Positions 11,211 to 25,578 of a stretch of 64,000 nucleotides of DNA are shown here, piece by piece. The stretch comes from Octopus bimaculoides (taxonomy: Eukaryota). Both the position numbers and the translations under genes were made by a program. How positions within the stretch are numbered: the first letter of the stretch is position 1; each line of letters starts with the position of its first letter. The stretch spans positions 17,602,703 to 17,666,702 of the forward strand of contig NC_068985.1 of NCBI RefSeq assembly GCF_001194135.2. The letters run 5' to 3'. A model generated the notes under the pieces. It was not told where the DNA came from. It did not search any database and worked only from the letters and a program-made list of their open reading frames with translations.

Positions 11211-14200
11211 TTAATAATGATATACTAAAATCACAGTAATCTAGGACAGTTGTAACTGTCTCTCTGAAAAAAATCTGAGAACTTCTAGAATGCACTGCAT
11301 ATGCTTGGCAGGAGAGGATTGCAAGTGCAACCATGCTTTTACTTAGCTTAGTGTGTCTTTTCAAGTGCAGCAAACTACCAGGAGCCTCAGTCCCCTTTCA
11401 TCCCCTCTATGACTCCCAATGTTTGTAGATCCTTTCTCACCACTTCGTCCCACATCTTCCTGGGTCTACCCCTTACACATGTTCCCTCTACAATATATGT
11501 TTTGTGTGTATGTATTTATATATGTGCATATGCATGTGTATGAGTCTGTAGCTGTGATTGTCACCTCACCATTTGCTTGAAAAATCGCTGTTGGTTTGTT
11601 GATGTCCCTATAACTTAGCAGTTCGGCAAGAGACTGGTAGAATAAGTAGCAACTTTGGAAAAAAAAAAAAAAGCTTAAGCACTGGGGGCAATTCATTTGA
11701 CCAAAACCCTTTAAGGAAGTGCCCCAGCATGGCCACACTCCAATGGGTGAAAAATATAAAAATATAAATCTATAGCGCTACTTTTCTTTCTCGGTTTCTT
11801 TCATCTCTTGTGTGATCATTTTATTGCATTTTCAATGTCTATAAATGATATTTTCATTAAGTTTTCTCACAGCAAACAGCTTGTTCATTTAATTAATTTA
11901 AGATCTTTTTATTGTGGGAACCTTTCTGTCCTTGGAGGTTATTTTTGGAAACTCTAAGCTCACTCTCTGGGAAATACATAATGCAAATAGTTTACCCCCA
12001 TGTTGATATGAATTGCTTTAGTTTCATGTCATTGTCTTTTGAGCCAGTCCACTTTGTAAATTTCTTAATACATTTCCCAAGAGGTTTGTGAAAATTTATG
12101 TTGGACAGATTTAATGTCCTTGTAAGGTTCCTTTGGACCATACATTTTAAATTCAGAAATAATTGAACATCATCATCATCATCATCTGTCTACTTTTTTA
12201 TATTTGCACAGGTCAGATGGAACTTTATGAAGGAGATTTTCTATGGCCAAATCTTCTTCCTGTCACCAATCCTCACCTGTTTACAAACAAGGTAATATTC
12301 CAGATGGCTAGACATGTTTCCATAGAAGGCTGGAAATGAACAACACTGCTTGTATGATGGTGATGTTTGTTTACGACCCTCACGTGAAATCAAGACACAT
12401 ATATCTGTACGATGGGCTTCATTCAGTTTCCAACTGCATATTTCCACTCACAAAGGGTTATAGTAGAAGATATTTGTCCAAGGTGTTGTACAGTGGGACT
12501 GAATTGAGATCATGTTCTCAGCTCCACTGCACGGCACATTGAGCAAATATTGTCTACTATAGCTTCATTAGTGGATTTGAGAGACAATAAAGTATATATA
12601 TATATATATATATATACATACATACATACATCATCATTTAACGTCCGCTTTCCATGCTGGCATGGGTTGGACGATTTGACTGGGGACTGGTGGACCAGAT
12701 GGCTACACCAGACTCCAATCTGATCTAGCAGAGTTTCTACAGCTGGATGCCCTTCCTAACGCCAACCACTCCAACAGTGTAGTGGGTGCTTTTTACGTTC
12801 CACCGGCACGAGGGCCAGTCTGGTGGTACTGGCAACGGCCACGCTCAAATGGTGTTTTTTATGTGCCACCTGCACCAGAGTCAGTCCAATGTTTTGTTCA
12901 CATGCCACCGGCACGAGTGCCAGTAAGGCGAAGCTGGGACTGTCCCATTGAAGCTAACATATAAGCATTCAACTTTTGCCAAACAATCTGCACAAATGAT
13001 TTGTTTATAGTGATCAAATATTCATGCCACACATTAGCTCACTCCCTCCATCAAATCAATGTTGTCTGAATAGGTGCACTGCGTACTGCATGTCATGTCT
13101 CAAAGGGATTGCAGAGCAACACGAGATGAAGTGGTTTGCTCAAGAGCACCGTGCACCACCTAGTCTAGGAATCAAAATCACGATCTAGCGATCATGAGTG
13201 CAACACCCTAACCACTAGTCTATGTGCCCTCACATATACATCAGGAGTTGCTTAGTTAAACAGTACAGGGCACTCAGTTGGTACAGTGTTTAATTTTCTG
13301 TAGCAACTTGATGGTCACTTTTTTCTGTAACTTAGCGATTCAGCAAAAGATAACCGATAGAGTGAGTTCCAGGCTTGAAAAAAAAACCTTTTTTTTAAAA
13401 AATAAGTACCAGGGCTGAGTTGTTTGAATAAAATTCTTCAAAGCAGTGCCTCAGCATTGCCATAATCTAAATGACTGAAACAAGTAAAAGATAATACATA
13501 TATTACACATATGTATATAATGATGGTTTATCTGTAAATGCTGACTAATGAGAAGTTACCTGCAGTTAAAGTGCATGGCATCAGGAAGGGCATCCAGCCA
13601 TAGAAACCAAGCCAAAACAGATGACTGGAGCCAGATGTAGTTCTCCAGTCCCAGTCAAACTGTCTAACACATACCAGCATGGAAAATGGACATTAAATGT
13701 TAATGATGATGATGATGAAGTGATATTGGTGAGATTACCTCACCTTTTTGTTTTGTTATAACCATTCCTAGTCAAGGATCTTGGAAGGATACACATATCC
13801 ATGCAGTTCCAATTTCTCATGTGGTATGCCTCAATTCGAATTTCAATCTTTTTCCATGTGTTTAGTGAAACACAGCTTTGGTTAAAGCCCAAATGACAAT
13901 GCCTCTCTGTCTCTCTTCCTCACACTTAAACCAAAGGCAAGACTCAAACACATAATCGTCTTCACTCCTCCTAACCATTGAACTCAACAAATCCAACCAA
14001 TGATTAACGGTTGCTGATGCAGGTTATTACTATTTTCCAGATATTATCTGGTCTGCAGAAACCATGCCTGAGTAGGCAGCAAGCTGGCAGAAACATTAGC
14101 ACACCGGGTGAAATGCTTAGCGGTATTTCGTCTGCCGTTACGTCCTGAGCTCCAATTCCGCCGAGGTTGACTTTGCCTTTCATCGTTGTTTGACCCCCTG

Positions 14201-17200
14201 TGGGCAATAAAGAAATAAGAAACCATGACTGAGTAGGACTTGGTATTCATCCATCTTCATGTACTTAAGGTTCACATATAGTTTATATTGTAAATAGATC
14301 AAAACCATTGTCATGCATGAGACACCCAGCATCTCCTTCTATAAGGTTCAATTGAGCATTCTCAACTCTTTACTGCACACTTTTTCCAACTAGACTGGAA
14401 ATGCTGTGCACATTGTCTTTACATATCTTCTGAGGTCAGTCACATTAATTAATGCAGTTGATGTTCTTAAGCAACAAGTTGGCATCAGATACAAAAACAT
14501 GGGCACAAAGAGAATTCCAGAGGTATAATGTTCTAGGGAAGGAGGATTGGTTAAAGTGGTTAGAGTAAGCCTGAGAGAGTGAATACAGTATGAGTGAGTG
14601 ATATGAAGAGAAGAGTTTATTGAATGTGAGTGGAGGTGGAATGAGATTAACCAGCTCAAAGTTTCAGAGGTCACTGTAGTAGTGACAGACTGAGAAAACA
14701 GTCTGTGTGCAAGAAGATGGAGTGGGTTGGTGAGCAATTTCATATCAACCAGTCATGTGGCTTTTGTTTAGATGTCTACAAGAAACAGCTGATGCAGTAT
14801 TTATTACATTGTGAAACATGATCTTTGAATGTTGTGTCTCACAGAGGTGATGACAAGTGACCAAGACTGTTGGCAATTTGCCAACTTAGTGAAATTGTAG
14901 TAGGGGCTAGTGCTGGTGACACATGAAGAGCATCCATGGCAGTGACATGTTAAAGGCACCCAGTACATTCTGAAGAGCATCAAGTCATAGAAACCAAGCC
15001 AAAACAGATGGGAGCCTCGTGCAGCTTGCTGGCTTACCAGTTCCAGCTGAACTGTCTAACCCATGCCAGCATGGAAAACAAACACATGATGATGATGAGT
15101 GGGTCTCACCTGAGTTTTGTATCACATTAGTAACTGTCGTGAAGGGAAGTATTTTGTGGCCCTGAAGAGGAATGCTTGTCTTTGTAAAATCATTAATGAG
15201 GTCTAGCATTTTTAGTGACTTTGTTTGATATTCACATTTAGGAAGGTAGGGTACACTAGTTTTCTCGCTGTGTAGTGATTGTGTCTTTGCGCTTTTGAAG
15301 GAGATAACATTGACACAACCCCACTAGAAGTGTGGATTTGGTGTGAGATGTTTAGGTTGCATGAGGATGGCACTTGGGTACCAAAGGTTATGGCAGTGTT
15401 AAAGATGGAATCATCTGCATTAGAACAGGCATTGTTGGAAGAGTTGGCAAGTGAATCATTACATGTATAGGAGGACAAAATAAAAGAGAGCATTTCATCA
15501 TACATGCATGATCTGAGAGGAAGTCTTCAATCTAAGAAACAGATGGCACCCAACTTGGCTAGGAGATTGGCCAGCATGCCAAGCTTTGCTGATATTAAAT
15601 ACTACCTTTACAAGAGTTAGAAGAATTGTCCTTAGAATGGGACATTCTGCAGCCTTTTAGCAAAGATTATTATATATTCTGGTAGAGAAGAGATTGTTTG
15701 AGGGTAATGGAGGAGATACTGTGAGAGCCAGTGATCTTGGTGAGGGTTTGAAGCAATTGCAAATTATAAGCTCAGTGAAATGGAGAGGGATACCTTTAGA
15801 GTTCTATCCAGTATGGTCAATAGTGTAGAGTTGAAAAGTGGATAACAGATATCAATTTGAGTGTTTCAGCATTGAAAATAAATTAGATTTAAGTGTTTCT
15901 ATGAGGATCTGGTAGAAGTAATTCTTTCTAAGAATGATGTTAGGAAATTTGGGATTCAGATTTTTAATGTAATCCTTACTATAGACATTTTTCTTTTATA
16001 TTTTTACTTTACAACCTTTTGATAAAAACAGACCCTTTTTTTAAATTTTGAAAGTTTTGTCTTTAAACTAAAACTTTAACAGATTAGAGTTCTAATGTAT
16101 ATCGTGTGCTTTCAATGAATATAAGAAATATATAATTAGCCTAATTACAGATAAAGGAATCAGAGTTGGTAGTAATACCATTAATTGAGGAGCTAGAGAC
16201 AGTTTCAAAGAGTTGTGTACCAACTCTACAGCCCTGGATGTGCATATCTGTGTTTATGTTTACACTGATTTTGTTTATACCGTGTTCTTTTATACTCCAT
16301 GATTTAGTAGTTTATTTGCAGCCTTCCATTAAAATGTTTGAACTGAGGAAAAATAAAACTCGGAAACATGTGACAGTTGGTGACAAGAAGAGAACCCAGC
16401 CATAGAAAATCTGCCTCATCAAATAATCTGATCCATAGGGCTGTAGGAAGCAAGACCTGAAAGATATGAACAGTACCCTGGCATTTAACTTGAGAGTACT
16501 CTTTAAGCTTGTAATTCATGTAAAGAGAAATAAAATATCAGCAAGTAAAATTTCCCAATGACATGCACCCATGTAAAAAGCACATCTGCTGGAACTGCAT
16601 AGAAAGCACCCAGTAGACTCTGGAAAGTGGTTGATGTTAGTTTCTACAGCTGGGTGATCTTCCTAAGCCAAAACAGACAACTGGAGCCTGGTGCAGCACT
16701 GTGGCTTGCCAGCTCCTGTCAAACCATCCAACCCATGCCAGCATGGAGAACGGATGTTAAGTGATGATGATGAGGAGGATTCATTACAGGCACAGGCATG
16801 GCTGTGTGGTTAAGAAGCTTGCTTTCCAACCATGCAATCCCACTGTGCAGCACCTTAGACAAGCCTTGTAAGTGAATTTGGTGGACAGAAACTGAAAGCC
16901 AACCTTGCATGCATGATTGTGGAGATCGAGTGATGGTTGCAAATGAGCATCACTAGCATAGAAACTACACCGTTCATTTCCAGTCTTCCATGAAAAACTC
17001 ATCAAGTTACAAGACATATTACCTTGTTGAGGTGAGAATTATGACAGGAAGGGCATCTACCTATACAATAATACAATTATTGCACATATAATAAGTGTAC
17101 AATGATATTCACAGATTAAAAGAATAAAACAAAAGCTACTGAATGTTTGAAAAATATGAAATATTTAATTTAATATATTTAACATAACATCTCTGATGCT

Positions 17201-18391
17201 GCAGGTTTTCTGAAATGATAGAAGGGAAAAATATACAAATATAGATTGAGCAAATCAATAACAATGACATACATAGCAAAAAGATTAAGTCAAGTAGTAT
17301 TAAATCTTTTTTTAGCTTAACAATATTTAGTTAAACCAAGGCAGTAAACTGGCAGAATGGTTAACACACCAGGCAAAATACTTAGCAGTATTTCATCTTG
17401 TCTTTATGTTCTGTGTTCAAATTCCACCAAGGTTGGCTTTATCTTCCATCCTTTAGAGGTCGATAAAATAAGTATCAGGTTGAGTGCTCAGGTTGACGTA
17501 TTCAGCTTAGTCCCAGCCCCGAACTTGCTGGCCTTGGGCCAAAATTTGAAACCAATATTTAGTTAAACCATCCCATCATTATAAAATGCATACATATGCT
17601 TACATTCTCTTGGAATACACATCTAATTGTTTTAAAGGTTCATACATTGTATAGCTGGTCACCTAAATGTATCGTGACAAGACAGATAGAATGAAAAGAA
17701 TGATGGTATATGTAAATATTTGAAATATTAAAATTTAAAACCTTAAAAATGGCAGGTGACTTGTACTAGGCAAACCATTGTTTCATATATTTCTGAACAA
17801 ATTTATAGGGCTGGCCATTTGAAAATTTCTTCATATTTCTGTTCTCTTTCAACCATGTTTAGAAGAATATCACACTATTTTGTAGAAAGCATTTTACTGC
17901 TCACGGAAGTAACCATTAGCATTTATTATTAGAACTGTAGTGATTGGTATTGAATTTTCCATTTTTTGACCAGCATTTCTCTCATATCCATCCTATCTTC
18001 TTAACAGGCATAGAATATTAGCATTGAGTTCTGCAGTGTTCTGGTTGTGTCCACATTGTCCGCCTCAGTTGTAGCCATTACGAGAACCTACATACATACA
18101 AGAACAGACTGGACACAAAGAAGAAAACAATACATCTCGCATCTCACCTAAACTTCCATTCTGCACTCATGCAGTAAATCTCTGGTTCTTATACTAAACC
18201 ATGTCTCTTCAACAAAACAAAGACATGGAGTGTTTAAAATGTTGGATTTGTAAGTCACAGCGAGTTGTCTATGCGCCACATGTTTAGTAGAACAGGGCCA
18301 ATCAAGGCCAGCAAAACCATAACTATTTTCCACTTTTGTAAATCTTAGATTTTTTTTTTAAATCGAAAATCAAAACTTACCACACCAGATT

Positions 18392-18443
18392 TTATTTCTT
18401 CTTTCCAACAATTCCCATTTCTTTCTTCTCTTGGAATGATGGA
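18392..18443 (-). CDS. DDX27: DDX27 probable last coding exon
   Basis: tag|(G)[19 protein letters not shown] (18394-18392); resembles human GPSFEERKQLGL; a GTAAGT donor follows at 18380. Confidence 0.8.
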
Positions 18444-19265
18444 CTAGAAATAAATGAAAAAGTGAAAAACTAAAATAAGAAAGAAACACTTCCAAGTTGA
18501 ATTTATAGCAAAAGAAAGCCATGCTTTGAGATTATATGATGGTTCAAAAAGGAGGTAAGAAACAGGGTGTGTCCCACTTTGTATAACGAATGGGACTTTT
18601 GGTTGGAAGCTGAAAGTGAGAAGTAGTATTGTTGTTTTCCATTGAAAGTTTGAGTATTTTGCATTTTTAACTGTTATTAGATAGTTGGATCCTCTTTAAA
18701 TCATCATCATCATCATCATTTAGCATCCATTTTCCTTGCTGGCATGGGTTGGACAGTTTGACAGGAGCTGGCAAACTGGAGAGCTGCACCAGACTCCATT
18801 TGTCTGTTTTGGCATGGTTTCTACAGCTGGACGCCCTTCCTAATGCCAACCACTTTACAGAGCATACTGGGTGCTTTTTACGTGGTGCTGACACAGGTGC
18901 CTTTTACACAGCATCAGTACCCTCAGGGTCGCCAAGTAGCTTGCAAGACAAGGACGTCTCAGCTGAAAGACGGAGAGAAACTGAGAGAAGTGGCCATGTG
19001 CCATGTGAGAGGTTGGAGTATGATAGAGAATAAGTAAGTGGTGAGGGAGAGAGAGAGAGCTGTCTCACTATGATTTTTAAAAATATTGCAGGCATGGCTG
19101 TGTGGTTGGAGTTGGTTCACTTAGCCTTCACCACATCACAGCTTGACCACCAGTGTATCTGTGGACACTGTAATGCCTTATATAACATAACATTTATCAA
19201 ATATCAAAACAACACATTTTGATAATTCCTTGGCTTATATAATTACTGTAATACTGATGATAAAC

Positions 19266-19296
<31 letters not shown>

Positions 19297-22200
19297 NNNN
19301 NNNNNNNNNNNNNNNNNNNNNNNNNNNNNNNNNNNNNNNNNNNNNNNNNNNNNNNNNNNNNNNNNNNNNNNNNNNNNNNNNNNNNNNNNNNNNNNNNNNN
19401 NNNNNNNNNNNNNNNNNNNNNNNNNNNNNNNNNNNNNNNNNNNNNNNNNNNNNNNNNNNNNNNNNNNNNNNNNNNNNNNNNNNNNNNNNNNNNNNNNNNN
19501 NNNNNNNNNNNNNNNNNNNNNNNNNNNNNNNNNNNNNNNNNNNNNNNNNNNNNNNNNNNNNNNNNNNNNNNNNNNNNNNNNNNNNNNNNNNNNNNNNNNN
19601 NNNNNNNNNNNNNNNNNNNNNNNNNNNNNNNNNNNNNNNNNNNNNNNNNNNNNNNNNNNNNNNNNNNNNNNNNNNNNNNNNNNNNNNNNNNNNNNNNNNN
19701 NNNNNNNNNNNNNNNNNNNNNNNNNTAACCACTACGCCATATGCCCATGAGCATAGTGGTTAAGAGTGTGGGCTACTAACCCCAAGATTCCAAGTTCGAT
19801 TCCAGGCAGTGACCTGAATAATAATAATAATATCAAAAAATAACTTGGGAATGAGAACCCAGGTTCGAAATTTCCCCAAGATACTTCATGAAGGCTGGAG
19901 GGTATATCAACCGAAACGTTGTGTTAACAACAAACAAGATGAGGACAAATATCTGTCAAATGTAAATAATGTAATCATACAGCATTCAAGCAACAAAAAC
20001 TAATGCTAAAAATCAAGACCCTTTTGTGTTAGAAATTTAAAACAAGACTGGATGATAGGCGTAAGTGTGGTAGCATGACTGAGAAGCTTGCCAGTCATGT
20101 GGCTTTAGATTCAATCCCACCACACAGCACTGGGCAAATATCTTCTGGTGCTACATAAAAGATACTCAGTCCACACTGTAAAATGGTTGGTGCTAGAAAG
20201 GGCATCCAGCCATAAAAAACATGCCAAAACAGACAGTGAGACTTGGTGCAGTCCTCTGGCTTGCCAGCTACTGTTAAACCATCCAACCTGGATGTTAAAT
20301 GATGATGATGATGATATACTACTGGACCAACCATAGCCTTCTGAGTGGATTTAGGAGCCTTTGACTGATAGAAGCTCACCATGCATGTATGTGTGTGTGT
20401 GTGTGTGTTAGATATGACACAAGGATGTTTCAACCGATGATGATGATGGTTAGAATGCACTTCAACTAATATTACTCAACAGGTTAAAAAATATAAAAAT
20501 GTTAATTGGTGTTTTTCACATTTATCTTCAACTCACGATTCATTCTTTTACCAGTTTCGATTATTCGAGTATGGTCAATATGGAGGATTGTAAGGTCAGT
20601 GTCAATAGCGATTAAGTTGTATGGATGCGTCGATTACATTGATCCCGAATTTATTTTACTTTGGAAGGATAAAAGGCAAAAGCAGAACCGACACAGGATT
20701 TGAATTCAGAATGCAAGGGACATAATCGCATTTTATCTTCCATCTGCCACGTTGCAAATTAAAAACACTCTGAGATCTTTTTCACGGTTTTCACCACATT
20801 GCCAGAGACTCAACTTTTCCTGATGAATAACATCTCATTTAAGGATTTATTCAAGTAGTGTAGTTTTAGAGTCAAATAACTTCCAAGCAATCTCCTTGTT
20901 GAGAAACATTACTTTTTTTATACATTTACTGAAGATCTACAATGCACAGACCAACCTGATTATGATCTCGTGACCCTACCAGGCTCCAAAACATTTGGTT
21001 TTTATATGATTAGATTTAGTGAGATGAAAGATTAAATCAACTCAATGAGGATTTGAATCATGGAAAATAAATCACAACTAGAATGACACAACTTTCTCCA
21101 TCATCATCATCAGTAGTTTAACATGCTCCTTCCCATGTTAGCATAGATCAGATGGAATTCATTGAAACAGATTTTTAACAGCTGGATGCCCTTTCTGCCA
21201 CCCACCCTCTTTCGAGTAAGGTAATACTTCCCCATGGCCAGACACATCTTCCTGGAAGATTGAAAATAAAGGATACTGCCTGTATGATGCTCATTAACAA
21301 CTCAAATGATGTTGCATGGTGTCAAAACAAGGAGACAGTAACATAAATATATACACACACACACATGATGGGTTTCTTTCAGTTTACATTAGTGGTTCCT
21401 AAACTTTTTGGGTTGCCACCTCCTTGGCACCCAGACCACATTCCTATCACCCCCACCTACCACTACAAACACAGACCACTTTCTGCATCAAATTCAAAAC
21501 AACTGTATTTCACAAATAAAATTTAATCTAATTAACCCATTATTTTGCTGTTTTTACATCCATCGCATGCTTTCGGCTACCCCATTATCACCCCCACTTT
21601 TCTTCAGTGCCACCCCACCGCATCTTTCCACTGCCCCCAGTAAAGCACTACTGTTCACTTTGGGTACCATTGGTTTATGCCAACCAAATCCACTGACGAT
21701 GCTTAGGCTGGCTTGGAAGAAGACACTAGCCCAAGGTTTCACACAGTGGGACTGAACTCAAAATCATGTTGCTTGAAAGCAAACTTCTTAACCACATAGC
21801 TACGCCTATACCTATAAATATAACAATGGCTTATTATTATGTTAGCATTGAATTACAATGTACAAGCAGAAGGTTAGCTCATTATTGCAAAGTTGACTTT
21901 GACAGTATTTGAGCTCAGGACATTAAGAGCCATAAGAAATAACCCCAAGACATTTTCTCGGATATTCAAACAATTCTGCCAATCCATAAATGTAATGTAC
22001 TGGAATTCCTTCCATTATGTCAATTACAAACATAAAATATAAAATTTTAGTCATTGATAAACTATGAAATCTATACTAAACTCATAACCTGAATATTTTA
22101 CATATAAAGACAAGGTCTTGTTATTAAACACAACTTACCCTTTTTGGAAGTATCAGGACATGCTTTTATACGTTTTGCCTTTGAAAACTTCTTTGAAAAT

Positions 22201-23126
22201 CGTGCAGCACAAAGTTGTGCTTTATGTACTTCAAATTCAATGCGGTTCTCTGTCTGAAATAGAAAATAACATACAAGAATAAATTTATATCCACAATTGT
22301 ATATACTTAAAAATATATAATGTAAAAAAAACTAGGAAAAATCAAAGTAAATCACAGTCTAATGACAGTGAGCAAACCCAAACCTTGAAGTCACTGTCAA
22401 CCTTTTCCTTCAAAAATTAATACACATACACACATAACAGGCTTCTTCAGTTTAGAATGTGATCTGTAGCTATAGCATAGAATGTGTTAGCCAATGCCCA
22501 TTCAATGGGACTGAACCCCTAATCACATGGTTCTGAAGCAAACTCCTTTGTCACAAACCCATATCTGCATATATACACACACACACACATATATCCTCAT
22601 TTAGCAGACATGTTCTTTGCTGTTGTGTTGGTCAGTCTGACACATGATCAGATTGGTTGAAGGACCAGATACTGTGCATATATATATACATATACACACA
22701 ATAGGCTTCCACAGAGCTTCCCTTTGATCAAATTCAGTCACAAAGTATTGTCGGTCTTAAGTTATTGTAAAAGATGCTTGTCCAAAGTGCCATACTGTGG
22801 GATTGACTGCAAAGCAAATTCTTTTTAACCAAGCAGCGATTCCTGCACCAGATCTATGTATAAAAACTACTCAATCCATATACAAGGTCTTCTCCATACA
22901 AATACATTTATAGTCATTGAATATTTCATAACTTACTGAAACGGGTGTTTGGTTCTTTGACTTTCGCACTCCTTGTAATTGTTTACTTTTCTTTGAAACT
23001 GGTTCTTCACTCATTTTGGAAAGTCTACCATTCACTGAAATACAGTTTAAGAATACTTTTTAATAAAATGAATTCTTAAAATACACAGGAACATGTGTGT
23101 GTGTGTGTGGATGTGTATACACACAC

Positions 23127-23158
<32 letters not shown>

Positions 23159-25001
23159 CCACCCCATCACCATCCTTATATGTCCACTTTCCATGCTGGC
23201 ATGGGTTGAATGGGTCACATGAATGTAATCACATATTTAGTGGTGATACTCATCTAGATGTAGGAGTTCAATTTTGGCCTGGTTTCTACAGCTGGATGCT
23301 CTTCCTAATGTCAACATCTTTACAGAGGGCACTGGATGCTTTTCTCATGGCATAGGAAGGAACAATGTCCTTGACAAAACCAAAAGACCCTTTTAACTAC
23401 AGTTTAAAGAATGTACCGAGTGCCCATTTTGGTCATAGTACCAGCACTACAGAGGTAACCATGTTGATGACGTAACTAAAGCGACCTCTTGACTACCACA
23501 CCTGCTCACCCACCAATATTTTTACAGAGTGAGAGGCACACAAAAGAGTAGTTAGAGGAATGAGTGATAGGGGTACTCGGCCTGCTGGGACAAGTAGTGC
23601 ACAATCAAGGTAATGTGAGCAAGAGATTACTATATCAATGGAGTCTTTTTGTTTGTACACTACATCCGATTCCTCTTATATTCAGTTATTCTCTCAGCTC
23701 ATTTAATATTGTCATTCATGTGCAAAACCATTACACAACCAGCCACAACAAACTCCCACTGACCCATGCAAGTATGGAAAAGCAGATGCTAAAATCATAT
23801 ATACACACATACATGGTGAACATGTATGTTGGACCTTACAGAGGCAATGATTAGTGACCAAGACCTTTAGCAATATGCTATGCCTGAGAAGACTTGTCAA
23901 GCCAAGTGAAATCGTAGTCATGGCCAATGCTAGCATCACATGGCATGTAAAAACCACCTTTTGAGCATTGGGCCTCAGAAAGGCAAATACAAATGATCAA
24001 GATCTTCGGCAATATTTCGTACTTGAGAACAGGACCCATCAAGCCAAGTGAAATTATAGCCATGGCAGATACTGGTGTCACATAAAAGCACTCATAACAC
24101 TCAGAATGGTTGGCATAGGGAAGGGCATCCAGCCATAGAAACCATGTCAATCAGACAGGAGTCTAGTGCAGCCCCTCAGCTTACTAGCTCTGGTCAAACC
24201 ATCCAACCCATGCCAGCATGGACAACGGACGTTAGATGATGATGATGATGATGATGCACACAAACTGAAATTGCCATAGCAAATTTAGACAATTGCTTGA
24301 AACTAAAGTAAAAGTGTCTAACTATCTCCACATGTAACAAACAATAAAATCCAATATTTTAAAGACAAACAAAAGATTAAGAATTCAAAAATCAATCAAT
24401 GAATCGAAGCAAAGAAAAGATAAATACAAACATTTCTCTTTAATTTTCTCTTTTTTTGACTGAAACCATTTCCTATTTTGTTCGTCTGTTCCTTCCAGTT
24501 TATTGTTTATTTGGCTTAACTGCATCTCAGACAGCTGGATTTCCTTCTCTTCTTTCTCAATTTTTTCCACAGCTTTGATATCATCTTCTAACTGTTCAAT
24601 TCTATCACGGTACTTGTTTATAACTTCTGCAAAAGCAATTCAACAGGATCAATTAATAAACTTTAAGTCAGTGGTGGCACGGTTATAGTATTCAGGAGAT
24701 TTAACAAAGTATTCTAGCCATATCATCAACTTCACTGACCCCACACAAAAAGACAATAAACATGACAGGATCTGAATTAATTCTGTTTACGAATGTAAAA
24801 GAGGAATTATGATCTGAAAATAAGAGATAATGCACCGAGCTTTTTGCATGCCACAGCCGATACAGTTAAGTTGAACTTGCACATCTGCAGATTTAACACA
24901 AAGAGGGAAAGCATGGGCTGAGTTTCAGAGGAATTCACTTTTTAAGATAAAGGTTGGAATGAGGTGCCTGGGCAAGAAAGAAAGAAAGAAAGGGAGAAAG
25001 A

Positions 25002-25035
<34 letters not shown>

Positions 25036-25547
25036 TAGAGAGAGAGAGAGATAGAGAGAGAGAGAGATAGAGAGAGAGAGAGATGTGTCGAGTAGTTATA
25101 CCGTATTAGCAAGAAGATTTATCAATCAGTTGGACAATCTATTTCCAGATATTGTTGAGAATATATAGACATGTAAGCAATATCACAGTGAAGAGTGCAG
25201 AATGAAATATTTGGAGTAAATTTCTGGGGTTTTAGATGTGTGCCATGTGTGAGTAGGGTAAGTAGTTATAGTACACTTAGTAGCACACACACACATATAT
25301 AAATAATGAAGTAACATAAAACTTTAGTAGTCAATCCAAAGTTTTGTTTTACCTTGGGGAACAACACGAGCTTTGACAGGATCATGAGCTTTCTTGACTA
25401 TCTCCTTCAGTAAAGACCTTTCTTTCTCTCCAACCAAGCTAACAGCTCTGGAATTAAAATGATGGCAACATAATTAATATTCACATATATCATGAATAAT
25501 CAAGAGACATACAAAATTCAAAATGTATCAAAGATGTGTATGAAAAT

Positions 25548-25578
<31 letters not shown>

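Noticed and set aside
15200-15900. Purine-rich, protein-like stretch (ORF 15279-15470)
   Set aside because: Multiple stops and no diagnostic motif. Probably a decayed LINE, but I cannot assign it from sequence alone.
17760-18333. Short ORFs downstream of the DDX27 stop (MENSYG..., MATTEADN...) as a separate gene
   Set aside because: Short, no recognisable domain and no exon chain; more likely 3' UTR or intron.
20500-20830. Candidates for the missing DDX27 exon in sequenced DNA
   Set aside because: Donor-like sites exist (20545, 20561), but there is no acceptor giving an open phase 1-to-2 exon with similarity to the expected FDxELT segment.
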